A DNA stretch of 64,000 bases from an uncultured Anaerolineaceae bacterium (GTDB taxonomy: Bacteria; Chloroflexota; Anaerolineae; Anaerolineales; E44-bin32), in NCBI GenBank assembly GCA_964492745.1, contig CAZBLT010000003.1, forward strand, positions 36,653-100,652, written 5' to 3'. The notes under the pieces are model-generated. The model did no database searches, was not told the origin of the DNA, and worked only from the letters and a program-made list of their open reading frames with translations. Each line of letters opens with the position of its first letter. The first letter of the stretch is position 1. Position numbers and translations under genes: made by a program. Shown piece by piece: positions 44,586 through 55,960 of this stretch.

Positions 44586-47500
44586 CTATACGGGCAGCCA
44601 CATGGTGAATTGGCTTCCCTTTCCGGGCTGGCTCTTGAGGGTTATCCGTCCCCCATGCCGCTCCAGGATCTCCCTGCATATGGACAGACCCAGGCCCGTT
44701 CCAGGCGTCCCCATGCTCCGGCTGGCCTCACCGCGATAGAAGCGGTCGAATATCCGATCCTGCTCTTCCCGGGGGATGCCCAATCCATTATCCTCGACCG
44801 TTAGTGTGACCCAGGCGCGGCCGCCCTCATCCCACCGGGGTGCCGTTGATATGGTTACTCTGCCACCCGCAGGCGTATAGTTGAGGGCGTTGGTCATCAG
44901 GTTCGCCACGACTTGCGAAATCATCTTTGCATCCGCTTGCACGGTAGGCAGCTTGGCATCCAGCGATAATCGCAGCTTCAGGTCTCGGCCGGCAAACAGC
45001 CTGCGGCGATCCTCCACCAGCCCCCGCGCGAGAGAGTTGATATCCAACGCAACCGGCGAGGGGATGGCCGTGCCCGCGTCCAGACGCGAGATGGCTAGCA
45101 GGTCTTCGATCAAGGATGAAAGCCGGTTCGTCTCCCTGTCCAGGGTTTGCAGATAGCTCTCGAAGCGTTCCTCGCGCCCTTTCCGGATAAGATCCAGGTA
45201 GAGGCGGATATTGCTCAGAGGTGTGCGCAGCTCATGGGAGACATCAGAAACGAATTGGGTCTTCAGGCGATCCGCGGCTTGGGCCTTGACCAGGGCCTCG
45301 GCGAGCTCCGCCGTGCGCTCCTGGACCACGCCCTCCAACTCATCCGCGTGCGTTCGCAATCGCTCATAGAGGGCTGCGTTCTCGATGGCAACTGAGATTT
45401 GATCGGCAAGCAGCATAAGCAGCCGCAAATCATCCTCGCTGAGATCGCCAGGGTTGGGAGATTCGACGTTCAGCACGCCCACTACCACCTCGCCCTTCCG
45501 CATGGGAACGACGATCTCCGTGCGGGTCTCCGGCGTCCCAGGAATGTAATCCGGATCGGCCGACGCGTCGGGAACCAGGGCCGGCTCTCCGCTTCGCATC
45601 ACGCGCCCTAGGATCCCTTCCTCCATGCCATAGCGGACCCCCAGATCCAGCGGGCCGCCATGCCCCGCCCTCAGCACCAGATCGTTCTCTTCGACAAGGT
45701 ATACTTCGACGATGGGATAACCCAGGACCTCGCCGACCTGGTGGACGATCTCCTCCAGCAGCGGCTGCATCTCCAACCGCCGGTTCACAACCTGGACCAC
45801 TTGCCTCACCGCCGCCATCTCGGCTAGACGACGCTCCAGTGCCTCATAGCGATGGGCGTTGGCAAGCGCCAAGCTGACCTGGTGCGCGATGGATGCAAGC
45901 AGTTCCTGGTGATCCTCTTCAAAGGCCCCAGCTTGGCGATGGAATAGCGCGAAAACACCCAGAATGCGGTCCTCGGAGATCACCGGCGCGCAAAGCGCGG
46001 AGCGCATCTCCTCGTCTACGCCGGGGATCACTACCCAGCGCTCATCCTCGCGCACATCTTTCACCAGCGCGGGGAGGCGGTTCTCCGCCACCCAACCTAT
46101 CAGGCCATGGCCCATGGAAAGATCGAACCGCGTTTGGAGTTCGCTCAGCGTAATCCCATCCTTGCGGATGGAAGCGAAGGGGATCAGTTGCCTGCCGTCT
46201 GGGCCGACCAGAACGACCTCTCCTGCATGCGCCCCAAGGTGTTTGACTGTCAGCGTGACTGCTCGTTCCAAGATCTCATCGGGTGTCAGCACATCCACCA
46301 ATTCTTGCGCCACGTCGTAGACCAATTGGATGTGGCGCTGTTCGCGCACGACATTCTCGAACAGACGTGCGTTCTGGATCATGATGGCCGCCTGGTCGGC
46401 CAGCAACCGCATGGCCCGCAATTCGGCATCATCGAAGACATGCGGTCGCAGCATGGCCACGTTCATGACCCCTACCACGCGCTCACCTATCTTCAAGGGA
46501 AGCCCTACGATGGCTCCGCCCCATTTCCATTCCGTGAACAAGGGATGTTCATTTACATTCGGAATGACCATGGCCTCGCCGCTTCGGGCGACTAAATAGG
46601 TGAGGCCATCCTCCCGGGGCTCCCTATAGGGCTCTCCCTGCACCCCCGCCGCCCATTGCGCCGCTCCAAAGCTGAGCTTGCCCCCTTCATAAAGGAAGAT
46701 ATGCGCATCATCCGCGGCCACAAGCTTAAGCGCGCTGGCCAGAATGGAATCGAACACGGTCTCCAGCTCGAGGTTGGAGGTGACGCTCAAGCTGGCTTCT
46801 CGCACGGCCTCCAATTCCCGGCTGCGCCGGCGTTCGCCTTCCAGCGCCTGCATCTTTGCCAGCGCCAGGGCCACCTGCCCGGCCGCTTGCTCACAAAGCG
46901 CCAACTCATGCTGCGTAAGCATGCGGCGGCCCTCGAATGCGAGAAGCAGGCCGCCCAGATTCTCGCTGCCTGCAATCAACGGCAAGGCAACCATGGATGT
47001 CCCCCCCAGCACATTGGCGGAATCCCTGCCTCCCCGGACCATCGGGGCTTCGGTGCTCAGCGCCTCCATCAATAGGCTAATCGCATCTGCACTCAGAACC
47101 CGCGATGCATCTGCTGCGGTTGCCTGCGATGGATCGCCGGCTGGGATAATTTCCTGAGACCTCGAGTCTAAAAAGGCCATGCGGCACTCGGCGGCCTGCA
47201 CGAGTGCGGTCATATGCTCGCAGACACGTTCCACCAGGTCGCCCAAATCCTTGGCTCCCAGCGCGGCTCGTGTGAGCGCGTTGAGCTGGTCCAATTGGCG
47301 CATGCGCATGCGCACATCTTCAAGCAGCCGGGCGTTCTCTAGCACCACCGCCGCCTGGTCGGCAAACAGGGTGAGAAGCTCCAAATCGGCCGGTGTGAAA
47401 GGCGGGGTCTCCTTCTCGCGCAAGATGTGAATCACGCCTGTAACCTGGCGCTGCCATTTCATGGGCGCACTGAGGACCGAGGAGAATGAATCACCTTCGA

Positions 47501-48317
47501 GCTTCCCGGAGCGATGGTCCCACTTGGCGTAGTCTGTGATGATCAATGGCTCGCCGCTCTCCGCTACCACGCCTGCGGCGCCCTCGCCGAAGGCTAGCTC
47601 GGTCCCCCGATAATCGCGATCCGTACCGTGGCTCACCACACAGCGCGCCATTCTGGCCTTATGATCGCAGAGGTACATGCCGCCCCCATATCCGCCGATC
47701 AAGGCTACGGCCCGCTCCACGATCATCTCGAGCAGATTGTCGAGCGGCTGGCCCGAGATGATATCGCCCGCCAGACGGCGGATCGCGTCCATCTCGCTTC
47801 GCGTCTTCTGATAGCGGTCGGCTGCTTCGGCTCTCGCCAAGCCGAGCGACAGATCCAGGCCTACTTCACCCAAGATATCAAGCCAGGCCTCCAAATCTTC
47901 GGGGTCACCGAAGATCTCCAGACGCCCAAGCCTTTCATCACCATGGATCAGCGGCACCACAACGAGGCTTCCGAGAGGTTCGCTGGATTCCCAGCCCGGG
48001 CGCCCTAACACAGGCGCACGGGTGGACCAAGCACGTCCAACCAGCCGCTCGTACCCCTCCCAGCGCTCGAACTTGAGTCGCAAGGGCTTAGAGACTTCGA
48101 CCCCGGACGCGACGGCAGCAAGATCTTTCTTGGCCGGAGGTGCTCCTTCCCATAGAAACCACGCAGCCCGCATAGGTGCGCAGGCGGCGATCAACTCGCA
48201 CACACTTTGCCCGATGTCAAGGGGATCCATGCCGCGCAGGATGGCCCCCCGTACTTCAAGCAGCAGACCGGTCTTCTCTTGCTCGATCGACAAACCTTCC
48301 AACCGTTCTTGCTCCAT
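44586..48317 (-). CDS. Large multi-GAF sensor histidine kinase
   Basis: 1243 aa. About six consecutive GAF-like modules, then H-box SHELRTPLS, an N-box, and G-box GTGLGLSICREI. Confidence 0.9.
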   Translation of the reverse strand: MEQERLEGLSIEQEKTGLLLEVRGAILRGMDPLDIGQSVCELIAACAPMRAAWFLWEGAPPAKKDLAAVASGVEVSKPLRLKFERWEGYERLVGRAWSTRAPVLGRPGWESSEPLGSLVVVPLIHGDERLGRLEIFGDPEDLEAWLDILGEVGLDLSLGLARAEAADRYQKTRSEMDAIRRLAGDIISGQPLDNLLEMIVERAVALIGGYGGGMYLCDHKARMARCVVSHGTDRDYRGTELAFGEGAAGVVAESGEPLIITDYAKWDHRSGKLEGDSFSSVLSAPMKWQRQVTGVIHILREKETPPFTPADLELLTLFADQAAVVLENARLLEDVRMRMRQLDQLNALTRAALGAKDLGDLVERVCEHMTALVQAAECRMAFLDSRSQEIIPAGDPSQATAADASRVLSADAISLLMEALSTEAPMVRGGRDSANVLGGTSMVALPLIAGSENLGGLLLAFEGRRMLTQHELALCEQAAGQVALALAKMQALEGERRRSRELEAVREASLSVTSNLELETVFDSILASALKLVAADDAHIFLYEGGKLSFGAAQWAAGVQGEPYREPREDGLTYLVARSGEAMVIPNVNEHPLFTEWKWGGAIVGLPLKIGERVVGVMNVAMLRPHVFDDAELRAMRLLADQAAIMIQNARLFENVVREQRHIQLVYDVAQELVDVLTPDEILERAVTLTVKHLGAHAGEVVLVGPDGRQLIPFASIRKDGITLSELQTRFDLSMGHGLIGWVAENRLPALVKDVREDERWVVIPGVDEEMRSALCAPVISEDRILGVFALFHRQAGAFEEDHQELLASIAHQVSLALANAHRYEALERRLAEMAAVRQVVQVVNRRLEMQPLLEEIVHQVGEVLGYPIVEVYLVEENDLVLRAGHGGPLDLGVRYGMEEGILGRVMRSGEPALVPDASADPDYIPGTPETRTEIVVPMRKGEVVVGVLNVESPNPGDLSEDDLRLLMLLADQISVAIENAALYERLRTHADELEGVVQERTAELAEALVKAQAADRLKTQFVSDVSHELRTPLSNIRLYLDLIRKGREERFESYLQTLDRETNRLSSLIEDLLAISRLDAGTAIPSPVALDINSLARGLVEDRRRLFAGRDLKLRLSLDAKLPTVQADAKMISQVVANLMTNALNYTPAGGRVTISTAPRWDEGGRAWVTLTVEDNGLGIPREEQDRIFDRFYRGEASRSMGTPGTGLGLSICREILERHGGRITLKSQPGKGSQFTMWLPV

Positions 48318-48701
48318 TCCCCGTCATTCAATGGCGCTGTCTTAAAGACAGTCAGGCTACGCACACAATGCCCCACCCGCTCCGGCGCAGGGTCCTTCCA
48401 TCTTAGACCAAAGATGGCATCCTGCAAGCCCGTCCTTTCCTCCCAGGCGTGGGGCTTACCCGGCCGTACCTAGCGGGCAGCGTCCGGAAAGCCCAGTATG
48501 CCCGGCGAGGGCGGCTTCGGCCACGGATTCCATCCCGTATCCACCCTGCATTTCTTCCTCCTCTGCCGAAGTGATGTCAGGCATAGACGGCTCCGCCGAC
48601 AAAGACGTCTCGGCGGCATCAGTTATACTCCTTCCCGTATGCCTTTTATGTGCCTCGAAACTGCAGGCGAGACTTTGGCGAGAATCGTTTGGGAGTGGGA
48701 C

Positions 48702-51401
48702 ATGACTTTCGACCCCTTGCAAGCCCGAGGCCGATTACACACCCCAGAGGGTGACTTCACGATCGCCCGGCTCGACGCGTTGGAGCGGGCCGGCTTGGCC
48801 CAGATCGATCTTCTTCCCTTCTCGATCCGAGTGCTGTTGGAATCAATCCTGCGCCAGGTCGACGGCCGAGTTGTCCGCACCGAGGATCTGCTAGCACTGG
48901 TGAGTTGGAGGCCTGCCGCCGAGAGCCGGCCAGAAATCCCTTTTCAACCCGCGCGCGTGATCATGCAGGATTTCACCGGCGTGCCAGCCATCGTCGATCT
49001 GGCTGCCATGCGCTCGGCTCTCGCCCGCGCGGGGGGAGACCCGCAGCGCATCAACCCCAAGGTTCCCGTGGATCTTGTGATCGACCACTCCGTCCAGGTG
49101 GATTTCTTCGCCTCACAGGAGGCGCTCCGTCGCAATGCCGAATTGGAATTCCAGCGCAATCGCGAGCGCTATGAGTTCCTGCGCTGGGGAATGGAAGCCT
49201 TCGACCATTTCCGCGTCGTGCCACCCGCCACCGGCATCGTCCACCAAGTGAATCTCGAATACCTGGCGCAAGTCGTTGTCAGCCAGGAAATCGAGGGGAC
49301 GCGTTGGGCCTATCCGGATTCGCTTGTCGGAACCGACTCCCACACAACCATGATTAACGGGCTGGGCGTGCTTGGCTGGGGGGTCGGCGGCATCGAGGCT
49401 GAAGCCGCCATGCTCGGGCAGCCATTGGTGATGCTCGCTCCTGATGTGGTCGGGGTCCGCCTTATAGGAACTCTGCCGGAGGGCAGCACAGCGACTGATC
49501 TCGCGCTCACACTCACCGAATTGCTTCGGCGGCATGGGGTGGTGGGCAAGTTCGTCGAATTCTGCGGGCCCGGCCTCGAGTTTCTCAGCCTCGCTGACCG
49601 CGCCACGCTGGCCAACATGGCGCCCGAATACGGTGCCACGGTCGGATTCTTCCCGGTCGACGAAGAGACGCTGCGCTATTTGCGCCTCACCGGCAGGGAT
49701 GAGGCCCTTATTGACCGGGTAGAGCGCTACTGCAAAGAGCAGCGCCTCTTCCGGCGACCCGAGTCTCCGGCCCCCGAGTTCACAGACCTGCTCGAATTGG
49801 ACCTCTCGATGGTGGAGACCAGCCTTGCCGGCCCGAAACGGCCACAGGATCGCGTCCCTCTATCCACAGCGAAATCGGCCTTCCAGACCAGCCTGCGGAA
49901 GCCTATGCAAGAGGGCGGCTACGGTCTTGCTCAAGAGGATCTCGCCAGGAGAGCCCGTCTGCGCGCCAACGGCCATGAGATCGAGATCGGCCACGGCGCG
50001 GTGGTCATTGCGGCAATCACATCTTGCACCAACACTTCTAACCCCTCTGTGATGGTGGGCGCCGGCTTGTTGGCCAAGAAAGCCGTCGAACGCGGCCTGC
50101 GGGTGGCCCCCTATGTGAAAACCAGCCTTGCGCCGGGCTCACGCGTGGTCACCGAGTATCTCCAGAAGGCGGGGCTGCTCGAGCCGCTCGCGACCCTCGG
50201 GTTCCATGTGGTCGGATATGGATGCACCACCTGCATTGGTAACTCTGGCCCACTGCCTGGGGAAATGGTGAAGACCATCGGCGAGGCCGACCTGGTAGCC
50301 GCCGCGGTTCTGTCGGGCAACCGCAATTTCGAGGGGCGCATCAACCCCCATGTGCGTGCCAATTACCTCGCCTCGCCTCCACTCGTTATAGCCTACGCGC
50401 TGGCAGGCACCCTGGCCGTCGATCTGATCCAAGAGCCGCTCGGCCGCGATGCCCAGGGGAATCCGGTCTACCTGCGCGAGCTCTGGCCTTCGCCGGAGGA
50501 GGTGAGCCAGGCGGTCGAGGCCTCCCTTTCCCCCGGCCTTTTCCGTGAGCGCTACAAGGATGTTTTCACCGGGAACGATACCTGGAACGCTATCCCGGTC
50601 TCAGGCGGCGCGCTGTTCGAGTGGGACCCCGAGTCGACCTATATCCAGGAGCCTCCCTTCTTCATCGACCTTTCGCCGGAGCCGAGGCCCATGGAAGACA
50701 TCCGAGGGGCGCGGGTACTGGCACTGCTGGGCGACTCGGTCACCACCGACCACATATCCCCCGCGGGTGCCATCCCTCTGGATAGCCCTGCAGGCCGCTA
50801 TCTGGTCGAGCGCGGCGTGCCCCCTCGCGAGTTCAATTCCTTCGGCTCTCGCCGCGGGAACGACCGCGTGATGACTCGGGGCACCTTCGGCAACATCCGC
50901 TTGAAGAACCGGCTGGTGCCGGGCGTCGAGGGCGGGCTGACGCGCCATTTTCCGGACGGAGAGCGCATGAGCATCTACGATGCGGCGATGAAATATCGTC
51001 AGGAAGGCGTTCCGCTGATCGTGATCGCGGGGAAGGAATATGGCACAGGGTCGTCTCGCGATTGGGCCGCAAAGGGGACCTCGCTGCTCGGCGTCCGGGC
51101 GGTCCTGGCCGAATCCTTCGAACGCATCCACCGCTCTAATTTGATCGGCATGGGAGTGCTCCCGCTCCAGTTTCCGGCTGGCGTCAGCTATGAGTCACTG
51201 GGCTTAAGCGGCGAAGAGATCTTCGATATCACCGGTCTTGAAGATTCTCTGGCTCCCGGCGAGCAGTTAACCATCACCGCCGATGGCGAGCCTATTGCCT
51301 TCCGTGCCATTGCGCGGCTGGATACGCCCATCGAGGTGGAATACTACCGCAACGGCGGCATCCTGCACACGGTCCTGCGCCAGATGTTGCGGGAGTCATA
51401 G
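48702..51401 (+). CDS. acnA: Aconitate hydratase A
   Basis: The aconitase/IRP pattern includes the Fe-S ligand contexts [10 protein letters not shown] and [12 protein letters not shown], plus a swivel domain. ATG 48702 (MTFDPLQ) has GGGAGTGGGA upstream. Confidence 0.95.
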   Translation: MTFDPLQARGRLHTPEGDFTIARLDALERAGLAQIDLLPFSIRVLLESILRQVDGRVVRTEDLLALVSWRPAAESRPEIPFQPARVIMQDFTGVPAIVDLAAMRSALARAGGDPQRINPKVPVDLVIDHSVQVDFFASQEALRRNAELEFQRNRERYEFLRWGMEAFDHFRVVPPATGIVHQVNLEYLAQVVVSQEIEGTRWAYPDSLVGTDSHTTMINGLGVLGWGVGGIEAEAAMLGQPLVMLAPDVVGVRLIGTLPEGSTATDLALTLTELLRRHGVVGKFVEFCGPGLEFLSLADRATLANMAPEYGATVGFFPVDEETLRYLRLTGRDEALIDRVERYCKEQRLFRRPESPAPEFTDLLELDLSMVETSLAGPKRPQDRVPLSTAKSAFQTSLRKPMQEGGYGLAQEDLARRARLRANGHEIEIGHGAVVIAAITSCTNTSNPSVMVGAGLLAKKAVERGLRVAPYVKTSLAPGSRVVTEYLQKAGLLEPLATLGFHVVGYGCTTCIGNSGPLPGEMVKTIGEADLVAAAVLSGNRNFEGRINPHVRANYLASPPLVIAYALAGTLAVDLIQEPLGRDAQGNPVYLRELWPSPEEVSQAVEASLSPGLFRERYKDVFTGNDTWNAIPVSGGALFEWDPESTYIQEPPFFIDLSPEPRPMEDIRGARVLALLGDSVTTDHISPAGAIPLDSPAGRYLVERGVPPREFNSFGSRRGNDRVMTRGTFGNIRLKNRLVPGVEGGLTRHFPDGERMSIYDAAMKYRQEGVPLIVIAGKEYGTGSSRDWAAKGTSLLGVRAVLAESFERIHRSNLIGMGVLPLQFPAGVSYESLGLSGEEIFDITGLEDSLAPGEQLTITADGEPIAFRAIARLDTPIEVEYYRNGGILHTVLRQMLRES

Positions 51402-51449
51402 CATCCTGAAGCCGGCGGGCAGTGCAGGGTTCGGCGCAATAGCAAGACA

Positions 51450-51477
51450 GAGCGGGATGACCGCTCCGTTTCTTTCC
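51450..51477 (+). terminator. Short hairpin terminator after acnA
   Basis: GAGCGG-gatga-CCGCTC (6-bp stem) followed by CGTTTCTTTCC. Confidence 0.45.
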
Positions 51478-51498
51478 TAGGCCCTCGCTGTACAGCGA

Positions 51499-52299
51499 TC
51501 ATCCAAGGCCTGCCAATTCAACCTCCAACCTAGCTATTTCCGCCCGCAGTTCCTTGGCCATCTCCTCTAGCAAGTCCCGGCCGCTCCTGGCCGCGATCGT
51601 CACTTCCAACATGAGCTGCACGGTGTGGGAATGAACCAGCTCCTGCAGTTTGCGCTCCAAGGATTGGATCACGCGATCCAGGCGAGCGATTTCACTCCGC
51701 AGTTCTATGATGAGCTGCTCGCGCGTCTTCGGCCGGTGCTCCTCGAGGCGGTCTGGACGCTCAGCCAGTTTGCGCAGCGCCGCCAGGTCATGGGAGGCGT
51801 AAGCCTCATTGACCTCCGCCATGATCTTCACCCGCCACCGCTTTTCGTTTAGGTCGGTGACCAGGTCGGGGTGAAAGCGTTTTGCCAGGAATCGGAAGAG
51901 GCTGCGCATCTCCGCCTTAAGCTCCTCCGGGACGGGCTGCTCCTGGGGAGGCTCGGCCTCCTTGGGGCGCTGAGTCCAAGTGCGCCGGAACTGCTCCTCC
52001 ACATCAATGGGCGGCTCCTCGGCATCCAGCCGCTCGCCCCATTGTGCCCTCCGCGCCGCCTCCCGCCGCGCTTTCTCCAGTTGCTGCTCGAGTTGCGCTT
52101 GGCGTTGTTGAAGCGGGCCGAGCCGGCGCTCGAGTTCCTGCTCGAACCTTGCCAAGTCGGCGCGCGTATCGGAGAGTTCGAACTCCAGCTGGGCGACCCG
52201 TTCCTGGCGCTTGCTCACCTCGGCGCGCAGCAAGCGCAGCTCATCATCACCTGCTTCTTCGAGTGCTCTCTTCAGCGAACGCCGCCGTCGTTGGAACAT
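51499..52299 (-). CDS. Coiled-coil protein with an internal J-domain-like segment
   Basis: LFRFLAKRFHPDL...MAEVNEAYASHDLAALR has an HPD motif in a J-like context, flanked by long heptad-rich regions. Confidence 0.6.
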   Translation of the reverse strand: MFQRRRRSLKRALEEAGDDELRLLRAEVSKRQERVAQLEFELSDTRADLARFEQELERRLGPLQQRQAQLEQQLEKARREAARRAQWGERLDAEEPPIDVEEQFRRTWTQRPKEAEPPQEQPVPEELKAEMRSLFRFLAKRFHPDLVTDLNEKRWRVKIMAEVNEAYASHDLAALRKLAERPDRLEEHRPKTREQLIIELRSEIARLDRVIQSLERKLQELVHSHTVQLMLEVTIAARSGRDLLEEMAKELRAEIARLEVELAGLG

Positions 52300-52357
52300 A
52301 CCTCAGTGCACCATTTCCTGGCCGCGGTTCCGGCCGAGCCCACCGGCCGTGCGGTTC

Positions 52358-53212
52358 TCAGCGCAAAGATGCCGGTCTCTTGCGGGAGATGCGGGCGGCA
52401 TAATAGCCCAGACCGCCTGCCGCCACAAGCATGAGCACGCCGATCGCGCCCAGCAACGTGGAGCGCGCCCCGGCCTCGCCCGCCCCTCCGCCTCCTGCCG
52501 AAGAGCTCGCCTGCGCGCCGAACTGGAGGTACTTCACATCGCCGGCTTCCAGGCTCACCGGGAGGTTCAGGCCTGTGGTTGGATTGTAGCCCGGAGGCAC
52601 GGCTGCACTGACGTTATAGGCCCCACTCGCGAGTTCCTCGAAGCAATGCCCGCCTGGATTGAGCTCAAGGTCCAGAGATTCGGTGGACACCTCGCCTGCC
52701 AGGGCGCCCGAAGCATCCGCCACACTGATTTGGCCTCCTGCCAAGGCTTGCTCGCCATCCTCCAGCCTGCCGTTGCCATTGGTGTCCTCAAAGAGCAACA
52801 CGCAGATTTCGCCGGTCAAAACAGAGGGCGTGGGCGTGGGTTCCGCTTCCGTCGGCGTGGCCACTATGCCCCCGGCTTCCCCCGTGACGACGGCCGGCCC
52901 CGCTCTTCCCAGCTCGAGCCGGGTGCCCGGCGTCAGGAAATCACCGGGCTGGATGCCGTTCATGGCCATCAGCTCCTCCAGGCTCAAGCCCGCAATGGCT
53001 GCGATGCGCCAGAGCGAATCCCCCTCCTGGGCAATGTAGATGATGCGACCATCGGGCCCCGGCGTGGGCGTGGGGAAGGGCGTCGGCTGTTTGGGTGAAT
53101 GACTTGCGCCTTCCACCCCCAACACCCAAACCACACCCATCAGGGCCAGCCCGAGGGCGCAAACGCTTGCCAAGACGATCGGTTGACGGAGAGGGCGTGA
53201 TCCAACACCCAT
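52358..53212 (-). CDS. LysM domain protein with an SdrD-B/Cna-like beta domain and N- and C-terminal TM anchors
   Basis: LysM segment YIAQEGDSLWRIAAIAGLSLEELMAMNGI. FEDTNGNGRLEDGE is a calcium-binding beta-repeat-like segment. Both termini are hydrophobic. Confidence 0.7.
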   Translation of the reverse strand: MGVGSRPLRQPIVLASVCALGLALMGVVWVLGVEGASHSPKQPTPFPTPTPGPDGRIIYIAQEGDSLWRIAAIAGLSLEELMAMNGIQPGDFLTPGTRLELGRAGPAVVTGEAGGIVATPTEAEPTPTPSVLTGEICVLLFEDTNGNGRLEDGEQALAGGQISVADASGALAGEVSTESLDLELNPGGHCFEELASGAYNVSAAVPPGYNPTTGLNLPVSLEAGDVKYLQFGAQASSSAGGGGAGEAGARSTLLGAIGVLMLVAAGGLGYYAARISRKRPASLR

Positions 53213-53309
53213 GGCTATATTCCTCGGCTGGATTATAGCGGCTTTGACGGCTCGCGAGTAGCGGGATCCTTCCCTGGGCAGCCTGTGCTATACTCGCGTG
53301 GGGTGGTCT

Positions 53310-54605
53310 ATGCCTATAGATCTGATCATCGGAGCCCAGTGGGGCGATGAGGGCAAGGGCAGGGTTACCGACCTGCTGGCCGCCGAGGCGGACATCGTCG
53401 CCCGTTTCAACGGAGGAGACAACGCCGGTCATACCGTCACCGTTGGAGAGCAGACCTTCCAGCTCCACCTGGTACCCTCGGGTATCCTCTACGAGCATAC
53501 CGTAGCAATCCTGGGCCCTGGGATGGCCATCAATCCCGCCACACTAGTTGAAGAACTGGACCACCTCAACGCGCTGGGGCTGGAGACGACGCCCGCCCGG
53601 GTGCGGATTTCCCCCGCCGCACACCTCATCACCGCCGCCCATCGCCGGTTGGATGGCGCCGAGGAGGCCCGCCGAGCCGGCAGGGCTCTCGGCACTACCC
53701 GTCGCGGGATTGGGCCTGCCTATACCGACCGGGCAGCCCGCCGCGGCCTGCGCGCCGGAACCATGCTGGATCCACAAACTTTCCAGGCAGAGCTGCGGGC
53801 ACACCTGGTCTTTGCCTCCGAATTGCTGGAGACTTTCTATCATCAAGAGGGCCTCGACATCGACGCCGAGCTCGAGGCCTATATGGGCTATGCAGACCGG
53901 TTGCGGCCCTACATCACCGAGGTCGGCGCTTTCCTGGAGCAATCGTTGGTAGATGGCAAACTGATCCTCGGGGAAGGGGCCCAAGGCACCCTGCTCGACG
54001 TGGATCACGGCACATACCCCTATGTGACCAGCTCGCATCCCACGACCGCGGGCGCCCTGCTCGGATTGGGCCTGGGTGCGGGACATCTGCGGCGTATTCT
54101 GGGGGTGGTAAAGGCCTTCCAGACCCGCGTAGGTGAAGGACCGTTCCCAACCGAGGTCGAGGGCGAAACCGCCGAAAGGTTCCGCGGCACCGGCGAGCAA
54201 CCCTGGGATGAGTTCGGCGTGACCACCGGCCGTCCGAGGCGCTGTGGTTGGCTCGATGGGGTCTTACTCCGCTATGCGCAGCGCATCAATGGCTTCACTG
54301 CCCTGGCGCTTACCAAGCTGGATATCCTAAGCGGTATCCACCCTCTCAAGGTTTGCACAGCCTACGAATGGGCAGGCGGCTCCTTGGAGCGCCTGCCCGA
54401 TGGGCCCTCGCACTTGGAGAGCTTCTCCCCCCAATATGAGGAGCTTCCTGGCTGGGAGATGGACCTGACCGCGGTGAATCGCTGGGAGGAGCTTCCTGCC
54501 GAGGCCCGGGTTTATGTGAGCAAGGTCGAGACGCTGGCCGGCGCGCCGGCTGCGTTCATCTCGGTCGGCCCGGAACGCAACCAGATCATCCGCCGCGACG
54601 ACTGA
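53310..54605 (+). CDS. purA: Adenylosuccinate synthase
   Basis: GAQWGDEGKGRVTD, GTTRRGIGPAYTD, and a TKLDIL C-terminal motif. Confidence 0.95.
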   Translation: MPIDLIIGAQWGDEGKGRVTDLLAAEADIVARFNGGDNAGHTVTVGEQTFQLHLVPSGILYEHTVAILGPGMAINPATLVEELDHLNALGLETTPARVRISPAAHLITAAHRRLDGAEEARRAGRALGTTRRGIGPAYTDRAARRGLRAGTMLDPQTFQAELRAHLVFASELLETFYHQEGLDIDAELEAYMGYADRLRPYITEVGAFLEQSLVDGKLILGEGAQGTLLDVDHGTYPYVTSSHPTTAGALLGLGLGAGHLRRILGVVKAFQTRVGEGPFPTEVEGETAERFRGTGEQPWDEFGVTTGRPRRCGWLDGVLLRYAQRINGFTALALTKLDILSGIHPLKVCTAYEWAGGSLERLPDGPSHLESFSPQYEELPGWEMDLTAVNRWEELPAEARVYVSKVETLAGAPAAFISVGPERNQIIRRDD

Positions 54606-54648
54606 CCCCGCGCAGGTCCCGCCATTCGCTCTCGGTTATAATCCCGCC

Positions 54649-55953
54649 ATGTTCAGAAGCCGCCCGTTCTTCCTGACGGGCCTTTTCTTGCTCCTTGGGC
54701 TCTGTATCCTGTTGGGCGCCTTTGTCTACCGCTTACCGCCGGTGTATGAACGCCTGGGCTGGCGGGTTTCGCAATGGCGCGCCGAACTCCAGTACGCTCT
54801 GTCCCCTCCAGAGGAAGCTGTGTTTACCCCCAACCCAACCATCGCAGCCATGGTCCAGGAGACCCTGGCTGCGCTCAGTCCCACACCCAGCCCGAATCCA
54901 CCCTCCGCGACTCCCGGCCCCTCCGCCACGCCTGGTGCAACGCCCACTCAGACTCCCGAGCCCACCCCCCTGCCTAGCAGCGTCCGGCTCAAGGGCGTGC
55001 GGCACGAGTACCAGAAGTGGAATAACTGCGGCCCCGCCAATCTGGCCATGGCCTTGTCCTATTGGGGTTGGCAAGGTGATCAGCATCCGATTGCGGCTTT
55101 CGTTAAGCCCAATCCCCGCGACAAGAACGTGATGCCCTATGAGATGGCCGCCTACGTCGAGGAAGCCACGGACCTAAGCGTGCTGGTGCGGGTGAGCGGG
55201 GACCTGGATCTGCTGAAGTCCTTCCTCGCCGCCGGCTTCCCAGTCATGGTGGAAAAGGGATTCGAGGGCCCCGGCTTCGATGGCTGGATGGGGCATTACG
55301 AGGTTGTCACGGGTTACGACGACAGCAAGGAGCAGTTCACCGTCCAGGATTCCTATATCATGCCCGACCTACCCATCGCGTACGAGGACCTGGAGCGGTA
55401 CTGGCGCCACTTTAACTACACCTACCTGATCATCTACCCACCGGCTCGCGAGGAAGAAGTTCTCCAACTGCTCGGCCCCCATGTGGATGAAACCTACAAC
55501 ATGGAGCACGCCGCCCGGAAGGCCTCCGATGAGATCTTCCGTCTCAGCGGGCGCGAGCAATTTTTCGCCTGGTTCAACCGCGGCACGAGCCTCATGCGCC
55601 TGCAAGATTACGGCGGGGCCGCAGCCGCCTATGATCAAGCCTTCCAAATCGACGCCCAGCTTGCGGTCACCGACCCCGAGCACCGACCCTGGCGAATCCT
55701 CTGGTATCAGACTGGTCCCTATTGGGCCTATTACTACACCGGCCGCTACTACGACGTGCTCAATCTGGCTAACTTCACACTCGAGAATATGAGCGAACCC
55801 GCCGTCGAAGAGAGTTTCTACTGGCGCGCCCTGGCAAAGGAAGCGCTCGGAGACATCTCCGGCGCGATCGAAGATCTGCGCAAGGCGCTGAAGTGGCATC
55901 CGGATTGGGCCCCGGCGCTTCAGCAACTCGACCGCCTGGGATCGACGCCCTAG
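54649..55953 (+). CDS. Membrane-anchored C39-like (papain-fold) peptidase domain + TPR protein
   Basis: N-terminal TM, a P/T/S-rich linker, KWNNCGPANLAMALSYWGW (catalytic Cys context), and C-terminal TPR-like repeats. TATAAT (54637-42) lies 6 nt before the ATG. Confidence 0.6.
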   Translation: MFRSRPFFLTGLFLLLGLCILLGAFVYRLPPVYERLGWRVSQWRAELQYALSPPEEAVFTPNPTIAAMVQETLAALSPTPSPNPPSATPGPSATPGATPTQTPEPTPLPSSVRLKGVRHEYQKWNNCGPANLAMALSYWGWQGDQHPIAAFVKPNPRDKNVMPYEMAAYVEEATDLSVLVRVSGDLDLLKSFLAAGFPVMVEKGFEGPGFDGWMGHYEVVTGYDDSKEQFTVQDSYIMPDLPIAYEDLERYWRHFNYTYLIIYPPAREEEVLQLLGPHVDETYNMEHAARKASDEIFRLSGREQFFAWFNRGTSLMRLQDYGGAAAAYDQAFQIDAQLAVTDPEHRPWRILWYQTGPYWAYYYTGRYYDVLNLANFTLENMSEPAVEESFYWRALAKEALGDISGAIEDLRKALKWHPDWAPALQQLDRLGSTP

Positions 55954-55960
55954 GAGCTCC

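Noticed and set aside
48440-48520. GUCCGGAA-containing stretch upstream of acnA that superficially resembles the SRP RNA helix 8 core
   Set aside because: The flanking bases cannot form the required helix (GUCC/AGCC do not pair), and the conserved AGCA/GGAA loop arrangement is absent.
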